A stretch of 64,000 nucleotides of DNA from Bugula neritina (lineage: Eukaryota; Animalia; Bryozoa), in the NCBI GenBank assembly GCA_964035545.1, contig CAXIUT010000230.1, positions 1,426,001 to 1,490,000 on the forward strand, written 5' to 3'. Both the position numbers and the translations under genes were made by a program. The first letter of the stretch is position 1. Every line of letters begins with the position of its first letter. Shown here one piece after another: positions 62,101 to 64,000 of this stretch. The notes under the pieces are model-generated. The model had not been told where the DNA came from. It saw only the letters and a program-made list of their open reading frames with translations, and ran no database searches.

Positions 62101-63550
62101 ATCGCAACACATTAAAACTTACTGCAACTTACTGAAACACACTGCAACATTTTGAAATATACTGCAACATATCGAAATACACTATAACATATTGAAATAT
62201 ACTGCAACATACTGAATTACACTCTAACATACTGAAATATGCTGTAGCCTACTGGAATACACTGCAACACATTGAAGTACACGGTAATACACTGAAATGT
62301 ACTGCAACATACTGAATTAAACTGCAACATACTGCAACATACTGGAATACACTGTAACATAATGAAATATGTTGTAGCACACTGAAATACACTGCAACAC
62401 ACTGTTGTATACTGTAATATACTGAAATGTACTGCAACATACTGAAATATAATGCAACGCGTTGAATTACACTGTAACATGTTGAAATATACCGCAACAT
62501 ACTGAAATGCACTGTAATATACAGAAATGTACTGTAACATACTGAAATATACTGTAACACACTGAATAATACTCTAACATACCGAAATACACTGTAACAT
62601 ACTGAATTATACTGCAACATACTGCATTATACTGAATTACACTTGAACATAATGAAATACACTGCAACACATTGAAATATACTGCGACATACCGAAATGA
62701 ATGGTAAACTAGTGAAATATACTGTAACATAATGAAACATACCGGAACATACTGCAACATACTGCAACATACTGAAATACACTGAAATATATCGAAATAC
62801 ACTGCAACATACTGCAACATACTGAAATACACTGGAACATAATGGAATACACTGCAACAAACTAAAATATACTGCAACATACTGAAATGTAATGTAATAT
62901 ACAGAAATGTACTGTAACATACTGAAATATACTGTAACAGACTGAAATATACTCTAACATACCGAAATACACTGTAACATACTGAAATATTCTGCAACAT
63001 ACTGCAACATACTGAATTACACTTGAACGTAATGAAATACACTGCAACACATTGAAATATACTGCAACATTTCGAAATGAATAGTAAACTAGTGAAATAT
63101 ACTGTAACATAATGAAACATACCGGAACATACTGCAACATAATAAAATATAGTGTAACACACTGAAAAATGCGGCATCATACCGAAATATACTGCAACAC
63201 GTTGAAAGTTACTGCAACATACTGAAATATACTGCAACATACTGCAATATACTGAAATACACTGGAACATATTGAACTACACTGCAACACTCTGAAATAT
63301 ACTGCAACACACTGAAACATACGGCAACATAGCGAAATAAACTGCGACACGTTGAAATATACTGCAACATACTGAAATATACTGCTAGTGGTGCAACATA
63401 CTGAAATGCACTATGACACACTGAAATACACTGCAACATACTGCAACATACTGAAATATACTGCGTCGCATTAAAATACACTGCAACATACTGAAATATA
63501 CTGCAACATAGTGAAATGTAGTGTAATATACAGAAATACACTGTAACATA
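53115..63550 (+). repeat. Higher-order repeat, 6492-bp period (about 1.6 copies); 53115-60436 is a near-identical copy of 39865-47146
   Basis: 53618 to 60110, 54572 to 61064, 55725 to 62217 and 56717 to 63209 (+6492). Also 40368 to 53618 (+13250), rising to 46820 to 60110 (+13290). Confidence 0.88.
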
Positions 63551-64000
63551 CTGAAATATACTGCAACACACTGCATTATCCTGAATTACACTTCAACATA
63601 AAAAAATACACTGCAACACATTGAAATATACTGCGACATACCGAAATGAATGGTAAACTAGTGAAATATACTGTAACATAATGAAACATACCGGATAATA
63701 CTGCAACTTAATAAAATGTACTGTAACACACTGAAATATACTGCAAGATACTGAAATATACTGTAACATACTGAAACCCATGCAACATACTGAAATACGC
63801 TGCAACATACTGAATTATACTGCAAGATACTTCAACATACTGAAATACACTATAACACACTGAAATACACTGCAACATACTGAAGTACACTGAAATACAC
63901 TGTAACATATTGAAATACATTGCAAAACATCGAAATATACTGCAACATACTGAAATATGCTGTAGCATACTGAAAGACACTACAACTCAGTGAAGTATAG

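Larger units (their letters stand above)
1..64000 (+). repeat. Tandem satellite array of 10-bp monomers (A-type ACTGCAACAT, B-type ACTGAAATAY), mostly as a 20-bp A/B dimer; about 6,400 monomers; runs to both window edges
   Basis: The 10-base columns line up almost everywhere (e.g. 5041-5700: actgcaacat actgaaatac...). No unique sequence and no orientation switch seen. The + strand is A/C-rich and G-poor throughout. Monomer number is window length divided by 10. Confidence 0.99.

Noticed and set aside
2381-63700. Recurrent conserved cassette as a CRISPR direct repeat
   Set aside because: Intervals are 0.2-3.7 kb of the same satellite rather than 25-45 bp unique spacers, and there are no cas genes or leader.
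69-63980. Hundreds of ORFs up to 441 aa resembling Cys-rich or membrane proteins
   Set aside because: They overlap in all three minus frames with the same low-complexity cyclic peptide, have no recognisable domain, and begin and end at random monomer variants. They are fully explained by the repeat.
1-64000. Identity with known short satellites (Parascaris germline-limited TTGCA pentamer, Drosophila AATAACATAG 10-mer) or telomeric repeats
   Set aside because: Only a shared 5-mer or the unit length matches; the monomer sequences differ and there are no G-runs typical of telomeres. Nothing in the sequence supports programmed DNA elimination or a species assignment.
1-64000. Synthetic or encoded DNA, or a pure sequencing artefact
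   Set aside because: Nested duplications with inherited variants and graded divergence fit natural satellite evolution. Local misassembly of individual junctions cannot be excluded.

Overview
The whole 64-kb window is one uninterrupted, head-to-tail, strand-asymmetric satellite DNA array, with no credible genes, RNA genes, transposons or CRISPR. The basic unit is 10 bp in two related forms: A-type ACTGCAACAT and B-type ACTGAAATAY. These mostly alternate as a 20-bp dimer, with occasional A-A runs. Above that is a nested hierarchy. First, a small set of diverged landmark modules recurs in conserved order roughly every 0.4-3.7 kb (e.g. GAAATGAATGGTAAACTAGTG...CCGGAAC and a 9-bp unit in AAGTGGTGC). 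Second, near-identical multi-kb higher-order blocks change period along the window: about 9044/5625 bp (1-22.6 kb), 4162 bp (21.2-34 kb), about 6.45-6.49 kb (39-63.5 kb), and 2611 bp inside a more diverged intercalated block (47.1-53.1 kb). Smaller tandem duplications of about 1.9 kb, 1157, 430, 330 and 238 bp also occur. Offsets were read from recurring identical ORF coordinates and checked by eye against the sequence; boundaries are approximate to tens of bp. All listed ORFs are artefacts of a 10-bp repeat that lacks stop codons on the minus strand. The architecture looks like eukaryotic (peri)centromeric or other heterochromatic satellite, but the organism and any function cannot be determined from sequence alone. 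I see no evidence of a novel protein-coding system; the interest lies in the repeat architecture and what it records about array turnover.
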